DNA of 64,000 nucleotides, taken from NCBI GenBank assembly GCA_963923955.1, contig OZ000552.1, positions 1,914,150 to 1,978,149 of the forward strand, written 5' to 3'. Of this stretch, positions 37,297 to 46,113 are shown piece after piece. The position numbers and the translations under genes are program-made. How positions within the stretch are numbered: position 1 is the stretch's first letter; each line of letters begins with the position of its first letter. The notes beneath the pieces were generated by a model. It did not search any database. It was not told the origin of the DNA and saw nothing but the letters and a program-made list of their open reading frames with translations. The DNA comes from Gammaproteobacteria bacterium. GTDB lineage: Bacteria; Pseudomonadota; Gammaproteobacteria; Eutrophobiales; Eutrophobiaceae.

Positions 37297-38067
37297 ATGA
37301 GCCTATCCGACAGACTGGAAATCGCAAACTTCTCCGATACCGGCCGGCGCCGGGAACACAATGAAGACAGCACCTTGAGTGACTGCGCTCAAGGTCTGGT
37401 CGTGCTGGCCGATGGCATGGGCGGCTATGAGGCGGGCGAGGTGGCCAGTGCTATTGCTGTGACCGCCACCCATCATCAGATAAAGGCGGGCCTGCCCCAT
37501 TTACCGCCCGGCCGGCTTGACAAAGAAAGCGGTCTCACGCATGAGTCAATTCTGGTCAAAAAGGCAATAATTCAAGCAAATTCAGGCATTTACAACACCG
37601 CCCAATCCCATCCGGAATGCCAAGGCATGGGCACAACCATCGTTGTCAGCCTGTTTCGTCAGGCTCAGATCATCTTTGCGCATGTGGGCGATTCCAGGCT
37701 CTATCGGCAGCGTAACAATGAATTTACTCGGCTGACCCGGGACCACTCCCTGATCGAGGAGCTCATTGCCCAAGGCTTCTATACCCCGGAAGAGGCCGCA
37801 CAAAACACGCCCAAAAATCTGGTGACCCGCGCTCTAGGGATTGATCCGGAGGTGGAGGTTGATGTAGCCGAAGAGACGATAAGCCCCGGGGATATTTACC
37901 TGCTGTGTTCAGATGGATTAAATGATATGGTAGAAGATGAAGAAATTCACTTAACCCTGAGTAAATATAGTGCTAATCTTGCACAAGCCGGGCAGGAATT
38001 GGTGGACCTGGCCAATAAAAAAGGAGGTAAAGATAATATCTCCGTTGTGTTAATCCGGGTGCGCTAG
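37297..38067 (+). CDS. PP2C-family Ser/Thr protein phosphatase
   Basis: 256-aa ORF with TGRRREHNEDS, LADGMGGYEAGEVAS, VGDSRLY, CSDGL and GGKDNISVVL. Confidence 0.85.
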   Translation: MSLSDRLEIANFSDTGRRREHNEDSTLSDCAQGLVVLADGMGGYEAGEVASAIAVTATHHQIKAGLPHLPPGRLDKESGLTHESILVKKAIIQANSGIYNTAQSHPECQGMGTTIVVSLFRQAQIIFAHVGDSRLYRQRNNEFTRLTRDHSLIEELIAQGFYTPEEAAQNTPKNLVTRALGIDPEVEVDVAEETISPGDIYLLCSDGLNDMVEDEEIHLTLSKYSANLAQAGQELVDLANKKGGKDNISVVLIRVR

Positions 38068-38149
38068 GCTTTTCTCGCATCGTAAAACGGCTTTTTTAAG
38101 CAATAATTTTAGTCGCTTTTTTAGTGTCAGGGGAAAACAGGACAAAGCA

Positions 38150-38857
38150 ATGGCAAAGTTAGTTCTAAGCTTAAGTGGCGTCGTCCAGGGTGAATATGAG
38201 CTCAACAAAGAGCGCCTCACCATCGGGCGGAAGGCTGAAAACGATATACCCATCGATAATCTGGCGGTGAGTGGCAAGCACGCGCTGGTGCTCACCATCC
38301 TGGATGATTCCTTTCTGGAAGACCTGGGCAGCACCAACGGCACCTATGTCAATGGCAAGCTGGTGAAAAAACACGCTCTGAAAGACGGCGATGTCGTGGC
38401 CATCGGCAAGCACGAGTTGAAGTACGTGAATGAGAATGCGGGGGCGGAAGATGACGATGAGGAGGATGATTTTGAGAAGACCATGATCATCCGGCCCAGC
38501 TCCGCCAGCGCCGCAGTCGCCGCCGCAAAGGCTGCGGAAAAGGCCGGCGCCGCCCCGCCGCCGGCGGCCGCATCGGGCATGCCCTTGGGGCGCCTGACGG
38601 TCTTAAACGGCCCTATCGCCGGCAAGGAGCTGGAACTCACCAAGGCACTGATCACCTTGGGCAAGCCCGGCACACAGGTTGCGGTCATTTCTCGGCGTCC
38701 ACAGGGCTATTTTCTTACCCACGTTGAGAGTGACGGGGACGGCAAGCGTTATCCGACCGTGAATGGCGAGGCCATCGGGCCGAAGGCGCATCTGTTGAAA
38801 GAGGGCAGTTTGATTGAACTTGCCGGTGTAAAGATGGAGTTTTCCATCGCCTCATAG
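38150..38857 (+). CDS. FHA-domain protein (canonical N-terminal FHA, acidic/Ala-Pro linker, second FHA-like module)
   Basis: 235-aa ORF. It reads LTIGRKAENDIPIDNLAVSGKHALV...LGSTNGTYVNGK, then the linker EDDDEEDDFE...AAAKAAEKAGAAPPPAAA, then LITLGKPGTQVAVISRRPQGYFL..VNGEAIG. Confidence 0.8.
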   Translation: MAKLVLSLSGVVQGEYELNKERLTIGRKAENDIPIDNLAVSGKHALVLTILDDSFLEDLGSTNGTYVNGKLVKKHALKDGDVVAIGKHELKYVNENAGAEDDDEEDDFEKTMIIRPSSASAAVAAAKAAEKAGAAPPPAAASGMPLGRLTVLNGPIAGKELELTKALITLGKPGTQVAVISRRPQGYFLTHVESDGDGKRYPTVNGEAIGPKAHLLKEGSLIELAGVKMEFSIAS

Positions 38858-38919
38858 CAGTCCCTTCACGGCACTCTCTTCACGGCACTCTCTTCACGGC
38901 AATCCCTTCACGGCAATCC
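38857..38919. repeat. 14-bp tandem repeat, about 4.5 copies
   Basis: A partial unit GCAGTCC is followed by CTTCACGGCACTCT x2 (38864-38891) and CTTCACGGCAATCC x2 (38892-38919). The array starts at the last base of the FHA gene stop codon. Confidence 0.9.
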
Positions 38920-39255
38920 GCAAGGCCGGGATGCGCCGACATAGCTCCCCTCTCCCCTCCCGACCGCCAAAGCCAGTTTTACGCTATGCCTGCCTATATG
39001 CCGTCGGTGCCTCCGCCGCCCTGCTGACCTGACACATCAAGCCTTTTAAGGTTGGTGGAGCCGGACTCAGGGCCGACATTTAGCTCATCGGTGAGAAAAT
39101 ATCCCTAAAGCCGTAATCGGGCGGCGGCTGATTGAAGTCATTGTGATCTCCTTATGTCATGCAAAAATCATAGCGGCAGGTGGTTTGTTAGGACGCATTG
39201 GTTTTCAACTATACAGGGAAAACGGGCAACGCAGAAATTCCACTATTAGCTCGAC

Positions 39256-39941
39256 TCAAGACACCTTCTGTCGCTCGGTATTGTTGGCATGGGCAGCTTG
39301 AGCCTGATAAACACCATTTACCAGTACCATCATAACAAGAGCCAAAAAAATAGAAGCAATGTCAAATGCTTGGTATAAAAGATTTGCAGCCTTTAACACG
39401 GACATCTCTTCCGTTCCCAGGGACATAAGCCCAGCATAGTAACTCAAAATATTATATGTCAACCAAAAGAACCACCATAAAGGTAGAATTGAGCTCACTT
39501 TTACCTCGCTCCAGTTATCTGGGTTGCTGCTTGCTTTCCATATTTCTTTCATTGCCTGGTATGGCTTATAAAGCAAAAAACTGGAACAAAATACCACCCA
39601 ACAGACCAACCTGGCGTGAACCTCATGTCTTTGGCACCAAGTTGTCTGGCATTGTAATTGGCGCGATATATCCATTTGAGGATAAGAATAGCGGAAACAA
39701 TAAATACGGTTAGATGTATGCTTGCGATAATTCCTTGCCTCCTATCACTAGCCTCAGCATCGGCAACCACCTGTTCTTGAGACGCATATACGCCTTTTTC
39801 AAAAGCAGTTAAGAGTTGGTATTCCATATTCCCAGAGATAAGCGAAATTACCGAGACGATAATTTGGGCATATAAGAACCACCTTACCCATTGAGTAAGT
39901 TTCTCTGAGTCGATAAAACCGGTTTTCTTCTTTTGAGGCAT
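39256..39941 (-). pseudogene. DUF4328-family membrane protein, frameshifted at a T6 run
   Basis: ORF 39549-39941 ends ...WIYRANYNARQLGAKDMRFTPGWSVGWYFVPVF. ORF 39256-39675 continues ...LLYKPYQAMKEIWKASS. The two frames join if one T is added to the run (plus strand A6 at 39575-39580). Local GC is low (35% in 39421-39480). Confidence 0.65.
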
Positions 39942-40027
39942 ACTCTTAATTCTCCTTGTCAGATTTAGCTAGATTGTAACAGGCTTGCCAGCTAACAGAT
40001 TGTAGACTCTAAAAAAGCCAGCATGCT

Positions 40028-40055
40028 GAAAACCTTGCCTGTTTCAATCAGGCAA
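40028..40055 (-). terminator. Rho-independent terminator after the 40083-40838 gene
   Basis: On the minus strand, a TTGCCTG-ATTGAAA-CAGGCAA hairpin is followed by GGUUUUC. Confidence 0.5.
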
Positions 40056-40082
40056 ACGACAAGCAAGAGCACAGTCAGCACT

Positions 40083-40838
40083 TCACGCCGCCGCCGCCAA
40101 AATAAAAATATCCTTATAAGCTAGATAGATACTGGCGGTGAACATCGGTGCCAGGATCAGCCAGCCGAGCAGCAGGGGCAGCGAGGCGATGAGCCCCAAC
40201 ACGAGGCCGACCAGGCCATAGACCAGCAGCGGGATGACGTTCATCAGGCAGCCCTTGAAGCTGAGTTTCAGGGCGGCAAGGAGCGGCTGATCGGCCAGCA
40301 CGATCAGCACCGGGGCAAACCAGAGCGCCATCAGGGCGGGAATGTAGGCGGCCAGCCCGATCAAAATGGCCAGCAGGATGTTGCGCCCATCGCCTATGAC
40401 ATCGAAATCCCCGGCGGCCAGATTGTTGAAGAATTCGAAATCAGCGAATAAAACCAGCGCGGCGAGCACCATCACGACACCGGCCAGCAGGGCAAAGACC
40501 ACATACAGCAGGCCGAGCAGGGCCAGGCGCCCAAGCCTGTGGGAGAAGCCGGCGAAGAGATGGGCGATGCTAAAGGCTTCGCCCTCATCTTGGGCCTTGC
40601 AACCCAGCATCAGGCCGGCCACAAACACCGGGGCCAGCACGCTGAAGATGAGATCGCCCAGCGGCGCAAAAGTCAGCGCAATCATGATCAACAGATAGAT
40701 CACGGTCACGCCGAGCCAGGCCGACCAGTCGCGCTTGAAATAATCAAAGCCGCGCAAGAGCCAGGCGGCGCCCGCCGCTGCATTGTTCGTTTGGGTCTTG
40801 ATGGTATTTGTCTGCTCACTCATTGGCGTCTCCTTCAA
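40083..40838 (-). CDS. BPSS1780-like polytopic membrane protein
   Basis: 251-aa ORF. AAWLLRGFDYFKRDWSAWLGV...LAPVFVAGLMLGCKAQDEGEAFSIAHLFAGF matches that family's pattern. Confidence 0.55.
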   Translation of the reverse strand: MKETPMSEQTNTIKTQTNNAAAGAAWLLRGFDYFKRDWSAWLGVTVIYLLIMIALTFAPLGDLIFSVLAPVFVAGLMLGCKAQDEGEAFSIAHLFAGFSHRLGRLALLGLLYVVFALLAGVVMVLAALVLFADFEFFNNLAAGDFDVIGDGRNILLAILIGLAAYIPALMALWFAPVLIVLADQPLLAALKLSFKGCLMNVIPLLVYGLVGLVLGLIASLPLLLGWLILAPMFTASIYLAYKDIFILAAAA

Positions 40839-40993
40839 TTAGCTGTGCTGGTTTTTAGCTTGTTGAACATTGACCGGCCTGCATAAAGCGATTACTGTTC
40901 ACATCCGCCGGGCTTTAAGTATTTACGTTACTTTGTAAGAACAATTATACAGATTTTTCAGCAACTACCATTTTGCAATAAAGGGGAACAAGC

Positions 40994-43534
40994 ATGTCGA
41001 AAAGAGTATCAACCTTCTCTCGCCTTATCTTATCTGTCCTTGCGTTGGCCATGCTGCCGCCGGTGGGCCTCGCCCAGGGCCGCAGCGGGGCGCTGCTTGA
41101 AGAGATCATCGTAACTGCACGCAAGCGTGAGGAGAGTCTCCAGGATGCACCGATTGCCGTGTCCGCGTTCACGGGGGAGCAGCTGGAATTTCGCGGCCTG
41201 AGCGACATCGACAGCCTGGATCAATTCACGCCCAATCTGGTGCTGAATCGATCACCGACCTATTCCAATGTAACCAATGCCGCGGTGTACATTCGCGGCA
41301 TCGGCCAGAATGACTTCACGCCGGTGATCGACCCCGGCGTCGGGATTTATGTTGACGGGGTATATCTCGGCCGCTCTGTGGGTGCGGTGCTCGATATCAT
41401 TGATATTGATCGGATTGAAATCCTGCGCGGGCCGCAAGGCACCTTGTTCGGCCGTAACACCATCGGCGGTGCGATCAGCCTGCATAGCAAAAAGCCTGCT
41501 GCGAAATTCGGCGGCAAGATGGATATAAAATACGGCACCGATGACCGCACTAACCTGCGCGGCACGGTCAATATTCCCATTACGGAAAATCTATTCGCGC
41601 GTTTTAATGCGGCTTCCTTCCGGCAGGATGGCTATGTTACCCGCATCCACGACGGCGTTCGGCTGGGCGATGACGACACGCTGGCCGCACGCCTTGCCCT
41701 GCGCTGGTTGCCGGCGGACAATCTCGAGGTCAACTTCTCCGGCGACTACAGCCGCGACCGCGAGCATGGCGGCGCCTCGATAACGACCGGCATCCAGCCC
41801 TTGAGCCTCGGCCTGTTGAACCCGGGCGGTGCGCCCTCGCAGGTGACAATGGCCAATACCTTGGCGGCGCAGTTGGCGACTAACCCGGCCGCGATGGGCA
41901 CCGGCGGCGGCCGGTTTTTTGATACCTCACAACTCCCCAATGGTTTTCCGTTCAAGTTCCTGGCCTGCTTTGAAGAAGCGAACCGTGATAACCCGGCCTG
42001 CTTTAACCGGCGTTATATTGCGGACGGCCCCGCGGAGGTGAATTTCGGTGTTGACCCGCATCAGGCCGACTTGGATGTATGGGGCGCGGCACTGACGATC
42101 GACTGGACTATCAATCCCGATCTCAAGGCTAAGTCGATCAGCGCCTGGCGCAGTTTTGAAGGCCAATTCAGCAATGATGGCGACGGCAGCCCGGTGCGCG
42201 TGGCCTGGTACATCGACATCTACCAGCAGGAGCAGGTGAGCCAGGAATTGCAGCTATCAGGCCGCAGCTTTGCCGAGCGGCTGGACTGGATCTTAGGCAT
42301 CTATTATTTTCACGAAAAAGGCAAGAACATCAACCCGGTGCGCTTTGCTGCCGTGGACATCCAGTCCGGCGGCTATTTCGACAATCAATCCTGGGCAGTC
42401 TTTGCGCAGGGGAGCTGGCATGTGAGCGAGAAGCTGGATCTGACCCTCGGCCTGCGCTATACCGAAGACAGCAAGGATTATCTGCCGGATCAGTATTTCC
42501 AGAGGCTGCCGGTCGGGCTGCTGCCGCCCAGAGGCGCAAATGAGCGCTTGGGCGGGGTGAACTGTCCTTCGCTTGCGACCGGCGTGGCCGGCCCCGGCAA
42601 GCCCTGCGGCCTGGGCGATCGGGTACTGCCCTTTGAGACGGTCAATCGCAAGACCAGCGAGCTGGTGCCGATGGTGAACCTGAGCTATCGCTGGAATGAA
42701 AGCCTGATGAGCTACTTTACCTATGCCGAAGGCTTCAAGTCCGGCGGCTATACGCAGCGCATCTTCCCACCCGAACCAAGCCTGCCGGATTTCGATCCGG
42801 AATTCGTCACCTCTTATGAAATCGGCGGAAAATTTGACGGCTGGGATGAGCGGCTGCGTTTTAACCTGGCGCTCTTCGTCACTGATTATAGCGACCTGCA
42901 ACTGCTGGTGACCGATCCGTCCCGGCTCGGCCCTTTTGTTTCCAATGCCGGCGATGCGGAGGTGGTGGGGCTGGAAATGGAGGTCTTGCTAACGCCGGCA
43001 CCGGGCTGGTTTCTCTCCGGCAGCGCCGGTATGCAGGATTTGAAACGTACCGCACTGGCGGACAATGTCGATGGCCTGAGCCTGGACAGCCCCTTCCAGC
43101 AGGTCTCTAAATGGAGCGCCAACATACAGCTGTATAAGGAAATCGCACTGGGCGAGTGGGGCTATGTGACGCCGCGCTTTGAGTGGGCCTATCGCAGCGA
43201 ATGGGGCACGAATGCGAACAACATCCCGCGTGAGCCGCTTGCCGGTCGAAATGTTGCCAGCCCCCAGGCGCCGCCGAATATCGCCAACCGGAACCTGAGC
43301 TTCGGCATCCCGAATCCGCGCCTGGTGGAGGGCGATCTGCATCTGTTCAACGCCAGTGTGCGCTGGGATGTGAAAAACACCGGCCTGTCGATTAGCGCCG
43401 GCGTGGATAACCTGACTGATGAGCGCTATGTGATCTTCAGCAACTACCAGGACGGCTTCGCCTTCACGCGCCAGACCTTCCACCGCGGCCGCGAGTGGTA
43501 CTTACAGGGCAGTTATGAGTTCGGTGGTGACTAG
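40994..43534 (+). CDS. TonB-dependent outer-membrane receptor
   Basis: 846-aa ORF with a signal peptide. The plug region reads EEIIVTARKREESLQDAPIAVSAF...IDRIEILRGPQGTLFGRNTIGGAI. A long beta-barrel follows. Confidence 0.85.
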   Translation: MSKRVSTFSRLILSVLALAMLPPVGLAQGRSGALLEEIIVTARKREESLQDAPIAVSAFTGEQLEFRGLSDIDSLDQFTPNLVLNRSPTYSNVTNAAVYIRGIGQNDFTPVIDPGVGIYVDGVYLGRSVGAVLDIIDIDRIEILRGPQGTLFGRNTIGGAISLHSKKPAAKFGGKMDIKYGTDDRTNLRGTVNIPITENLFARFNAASFRQDGYVTRIHDGVRLGDDDTLAARLALRWLPADNLEVNFSGDYSRDREHGGASITTGIQPLSLGLLNPGGAPSQVTMANTLAAQLATNPAAMGTGGGRFFDTSQLPNGFPFKFLACFEEANRDNPACFNRRYIADGPAEVNFGVDPHQADLDVWGAALTIDWTINPDLKAKSISAWRSFEGQFSNDGDGSPVRVAWYIDIYQQEQVSQELQLSGRSFAERLDWILGIYYFHEKGKNINPVRFAAVDIQSGGYFDNQSWAVFAQGSWHVSEKLDLTLGLRYTEDSKDYLPDQYFQRLPVGLLPPRGANERLGGVNCPSLATGVAGPGKPCGLGDRVLPFETVNRKTSELVPMVNLSYRWNESLMSYFTYAEGFKSGGYTQRIFPPEPSLPDFDPEFVTSYEIGGKFDGWDERLRFNLALFVTDYSDLQLLVTDPSRLGPFVSNAGDAEVVGLEMEVLLTPAPGWFLSGSAGMQDLKRTALADNVDGLSLDSPFQQVSKWSANIQLYKEIALGEWGYVTPRFEWAYRSEWGTNANNIPREPLAGRNVASPQAPPNIANRNLSFGIPNPRLVEGDLHLFNASVRWDVKNTGLSISAGVDNLTDERYVIFSNYQDGFAFTRQTFHRGREWYLQGSYEFGGD

Positions 43535-43649
43535 GTTAGGCTTTTCTATAACGCGCCAATGCCAAGCAAGCGCAGGAGTATCAGGAGGAGCATTCAACAC
43601 GCCTCCCTCCTGCCATCTTTATCATTCCCTGGCCTGACCTGAATTGGCC

Positions 43650-44232
43650 ATGAATACCTGGACGCAACGCAGCATTGAATACGCCAATCAACGATCCTAT
43701 CTGGACGATTTATTTCAGGTCTATCCTACAATTCCCGAAGGAATAAGGGAGATAGATGAAACCATTTGGCAAGCAGCTGAGATCGCATTCAGACAGAAAG
43801 ATAATCACGCTCTGATCAGGAAATTGTTAAAACTTGATCTTTTTCCAGCAAAGGACAGTTATATCGCCTATCTTAAAAGAGACAAATCGGCGATTGACAG
43901 AAATCCAAGAACAATTAACAGGATTTGTGGAAGAATCTATGAAATGGGCTTGGATAAGATTTTTGAGAAATGTAGTGAACCGAAAGAAACAAACAGGCAA
44001 ATCGGGCCGATGTTCAGAAATTGGCTAAAAAATAAATCACTTGGCATTGCGCCGGTTGCGCTTGAATATTTCCTGGCCAATGACAGGGGTTAATACGATC
44101 AAGATAGCGATTTTAGATGGCGTACTTTTTATTGAAGGTCAAAGTAAAATGTATCAAGCAATAACACAAAGCTATAAAGACGGTAACATTTTGAGCGCAT
44201 TGGTCTTGAGAGAGTTTTTATATTCGCTATAA
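43650..44232 (+). pseudogene. Frameshifted ORF abutting the methyltransferase; possibly the decayed cognate restriction endonuclease
   Basis: The frame opening at 43650 ends ...EYFLANDRG* at 44093. The +1 frame continues NTIKIAILDGVLFIEGQSK...REFLYSL to 44232, which is 2 nt before the methyltransferase ATG. Deleting one G from the G4 run at 44086-44089 fuses the two frames. I could not assign a family by eye. Confidence 0.4.
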
Positions 44233-44234
44233 GC

Positions 44235-45302
44235 ATGAAAAACTTGCTTATTAAAGGCGACAATATTGCCGGGCTGCATTATCTTTTAGCGGAAAAAAAC
44301 CTAAAGGGTAAAATTGACCTGGTGTATATTGACCCGCCCTTTGCTACGGGCGATAATTTTACCATAACTGCTGAGAGAGCCGCAACGATAAGTAATTCAC
44401 GAGATGGAGAAATCGCGTATTCGGATAAATTATCAGGCAATGATTTTTTGAATTTTATAAAAGCTCGCTTGATTATTCTAAAGGATTTATTATCCGAGCA
44501 GGGGTCTATCTATCTACATATCGACTATAAAATCGGGCACTATGTCAAAGTCATCATGGACGAGGTCTTTGGCATTGAAAACTTCAGAAACGATATTACA
44601 AGAATTAAATGTAACCCCAAAAACTTTAACCGAACAGGCTATGGCAATATAAAAGACTTAATTCTTTTCTATTCAAAATCTGCTAAACCGATATGGAACG
44701 AGCCAATAGAAAAATATACGGAGAAGGATTTAGAAAAACTTTTTCCAAAAAAAGATAAACAAGGCAGACGCTACACCACCGTACCCATTCACGCCCCGGG
44801 CGAGACCGAACGTGGAAAATCAAATCAAACATTCAAAGGAATGATGCCACCGACAGGCAGGCACTGGAGAACGGATGTTGAAAGCCTGGAGCAGTGGGAT
44901 GAAGCCGGTTTAATTGAGTGGTCTGCAACAGGAAATCCAAGAAAAATAATATTTTCCGACGAGCGGGAAGGAAAGAGAGTTCAAGACATTTGGGAATACA
45001 AAGACCCGCAATATCCTAGCTACCCCACTGAAAAAAACGCGGCACTATTAGACTTGATCGTCAAGACTTCATCCAATGAGGACAGTATCGTGCTGGATTG
45101 TTTTTGCGGCTCGGGTACCACTCTGGCAGCAGCGCGCACCAACGGCAGGCATTGGATAGGCATGGATCAATCTGACCATGCAATAAGGGCGGCTAAAGAG
45201 AAAATTGAATCCATCGACGGCGACTTGTTTGCCGCCAAGCCGGATTATGAATTTTTGGATTTGGAAAAAGATACGATCACCAACACGGCCTGCAGCGCCT
45301 AG
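44235..45302 (+). CDS. Beta-class N6A/N4C DNA methyltransferase (N6_N4_Mtase family)
   Basis: 355-aa ORF. Motif IV VYIDPPFATGDNF lies near the N-terminus and motif I VLDCFCGSGTTLAAA near the C-terminus. Local GC is low (30% in 44401-44460). Confidence 0.85.
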   Translation: MKNLLIKGDNIAGLHYLLAEKNLKGKIDLVYIDPPFATGDNFTITAERAATISNSRDGEIAYSDKLSGNDFLNFIKARLIILKDLLSEQGSIYLHIDYKIGHYVKVIMDEVFGIENFRNDITRIKCNPKNFNRTGYGNIKDLILFYSKSAKPIWNEPIEKYTEKDLEKLFPKKDKQGRRYTTVPIHAPGETERGKSNQTFKGMMPPTGRHWRTDVESLEQWDEAGLIEWSATGNPRKIIFSDEREGKRVQDIWEYKDPQYPSYPTEKNAALLDLIVKTSSNEDSIVLDCFCGSGTTLAAARTNGRHWIGMDQSDHAIRAAKEKIESIDGDLFAAKPDYEFLDLEKDTITNTACSA

Positions 45303-45453
45303 TGGCTAAGTTAGAAAAACCCGACCCCGAAAGTCCGCCCCCCGTCCTCTACTTTCACCGCAAGCCGCTGGGATAAGCGACATGAAGCACCGGCAAGCAA
45401 AACAGGTGGTTGGTTTTAAGGTGTGGTCTTGCCATGCTGTCCGCAGCCCTTGC

Positions 45454-46092
45454 CTACGCCCACTGCTTTTTTCCCCGCCACTCACACCATTCATAAATTT
45501 TGCATGTAGCGCATTTCGGCCGGCGGGCGATGCAGGTGTAGCGGCCGTGCAGGATCAGCCAGTGATGAGCATGCTGCTTAAATTCATCAGGAACGAACCT
45601 GAGCAATTTATTCTCCACTTGAAGCACGTCCTTGCCCGGGGCAATGCCGGTGCGATTGGACACACGAAAGATATGCGTATCCACCGCAATGGTCGGCTGT
45701 CCAAAGGCGGTGTTTAAGATCACGCTGGCGGTCTTCCTGCCGACACCGGGCAGGCCTTCCAGGGAAGCACGATCCTGCGGCACCTCGCTGTTGTGTCTAT
45801 CAATCAACAAGCGGCAGGTCTTGATGATGTTAGCAGCCTTGGTGTTATACAGGCCGATAGTCTTGATGTATCGCTTCAGCCCGCCCACGCCCAATTCGTA
45901 TATCGCCTCCGGCGTGTTGGCAAGCGGAAACAGTCGGGCGGTGGCCTTATTCACGCTGACATCGGTCGCCTGTGCCGATAAGATAACTGAGACCAGTAAC
46001 TCAAAGGGGTTGTGATAGGTCAATTCCGTTGTCGGCCTCGGGTTCTGTCTTTGCAGGGCCTTGAAGATCTTTGTGCGCTTGTCTTTGTTCAA
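45454..46092 (-). CDS. nth: Endonuclease III
   Basis: 212-aa ORF with the HhH-GPD motif LPGVGRKTASVILN, catalytic VDTHIFRV, and a C-terminal Cys cluster C-x6-C-x2-C-x5-C (CIARRPKCATCKIYEWC). Confidence 0.9.
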   Translation of the reverse strand: MNKDKRTKIFKALQRQNPRPTTELTYHNPFELLVSVILSAQATDVSVNKATARLFPLANTPEAIYELGVGGLKRYIKTIGLYNTKAANIIKTCRLLIDRHNSEVPQDRASLEGLPGVGRKTASVILNTAFGQPTIAVDTHIFRVSNRTGIAPGKDVLQVENKLLRFVPDEFKQHAHHWLILHGRYTCIARRPKCATCKIYEWCEWRGKKQWA

Positions 46093-46113
46093 AAGAATCG
46101 ACAGCCCGGCCAG

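Noticed and set aside
39560-39585. Programmed frameshifting as the explanation for the DUF4328 split
   Set aside because: The zero-frame phasing is GTT TTT TGC, not a canonical X_XXY_YYZ heptamer. A plain indel in the T6 run is the simpler reading.
43582-43612. Hairpin CAGGAGG-N17-CCTCCTG after the TonB-dependent receptor gene as a terminator
   Set aside because: The stem is 7 bp with a 17-nt loop, and no real T-tract follows (CCATCTTTATC). That is too weak to report as a feature.
44041-44232. ORF 44041-44232 as an independent 63-aa gene
   Set aside because: It has no RBS or ATG (TTG opening). It reads as the out-of-frame continuation of the 43650-44093 ORF and ends 2 nt before the methyltransferase start. 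I treated it as the C-terminal part of a frameshifted gene.
45303-45453. ORFs 45306-45494(-) and 45382-45717(+) in or near the methylase/nth convergent spacer
   Set aside because: They are Arg/Cys/Pro-rich with non-protein-like translations that overlap nth antisense. There is no supporting signal.
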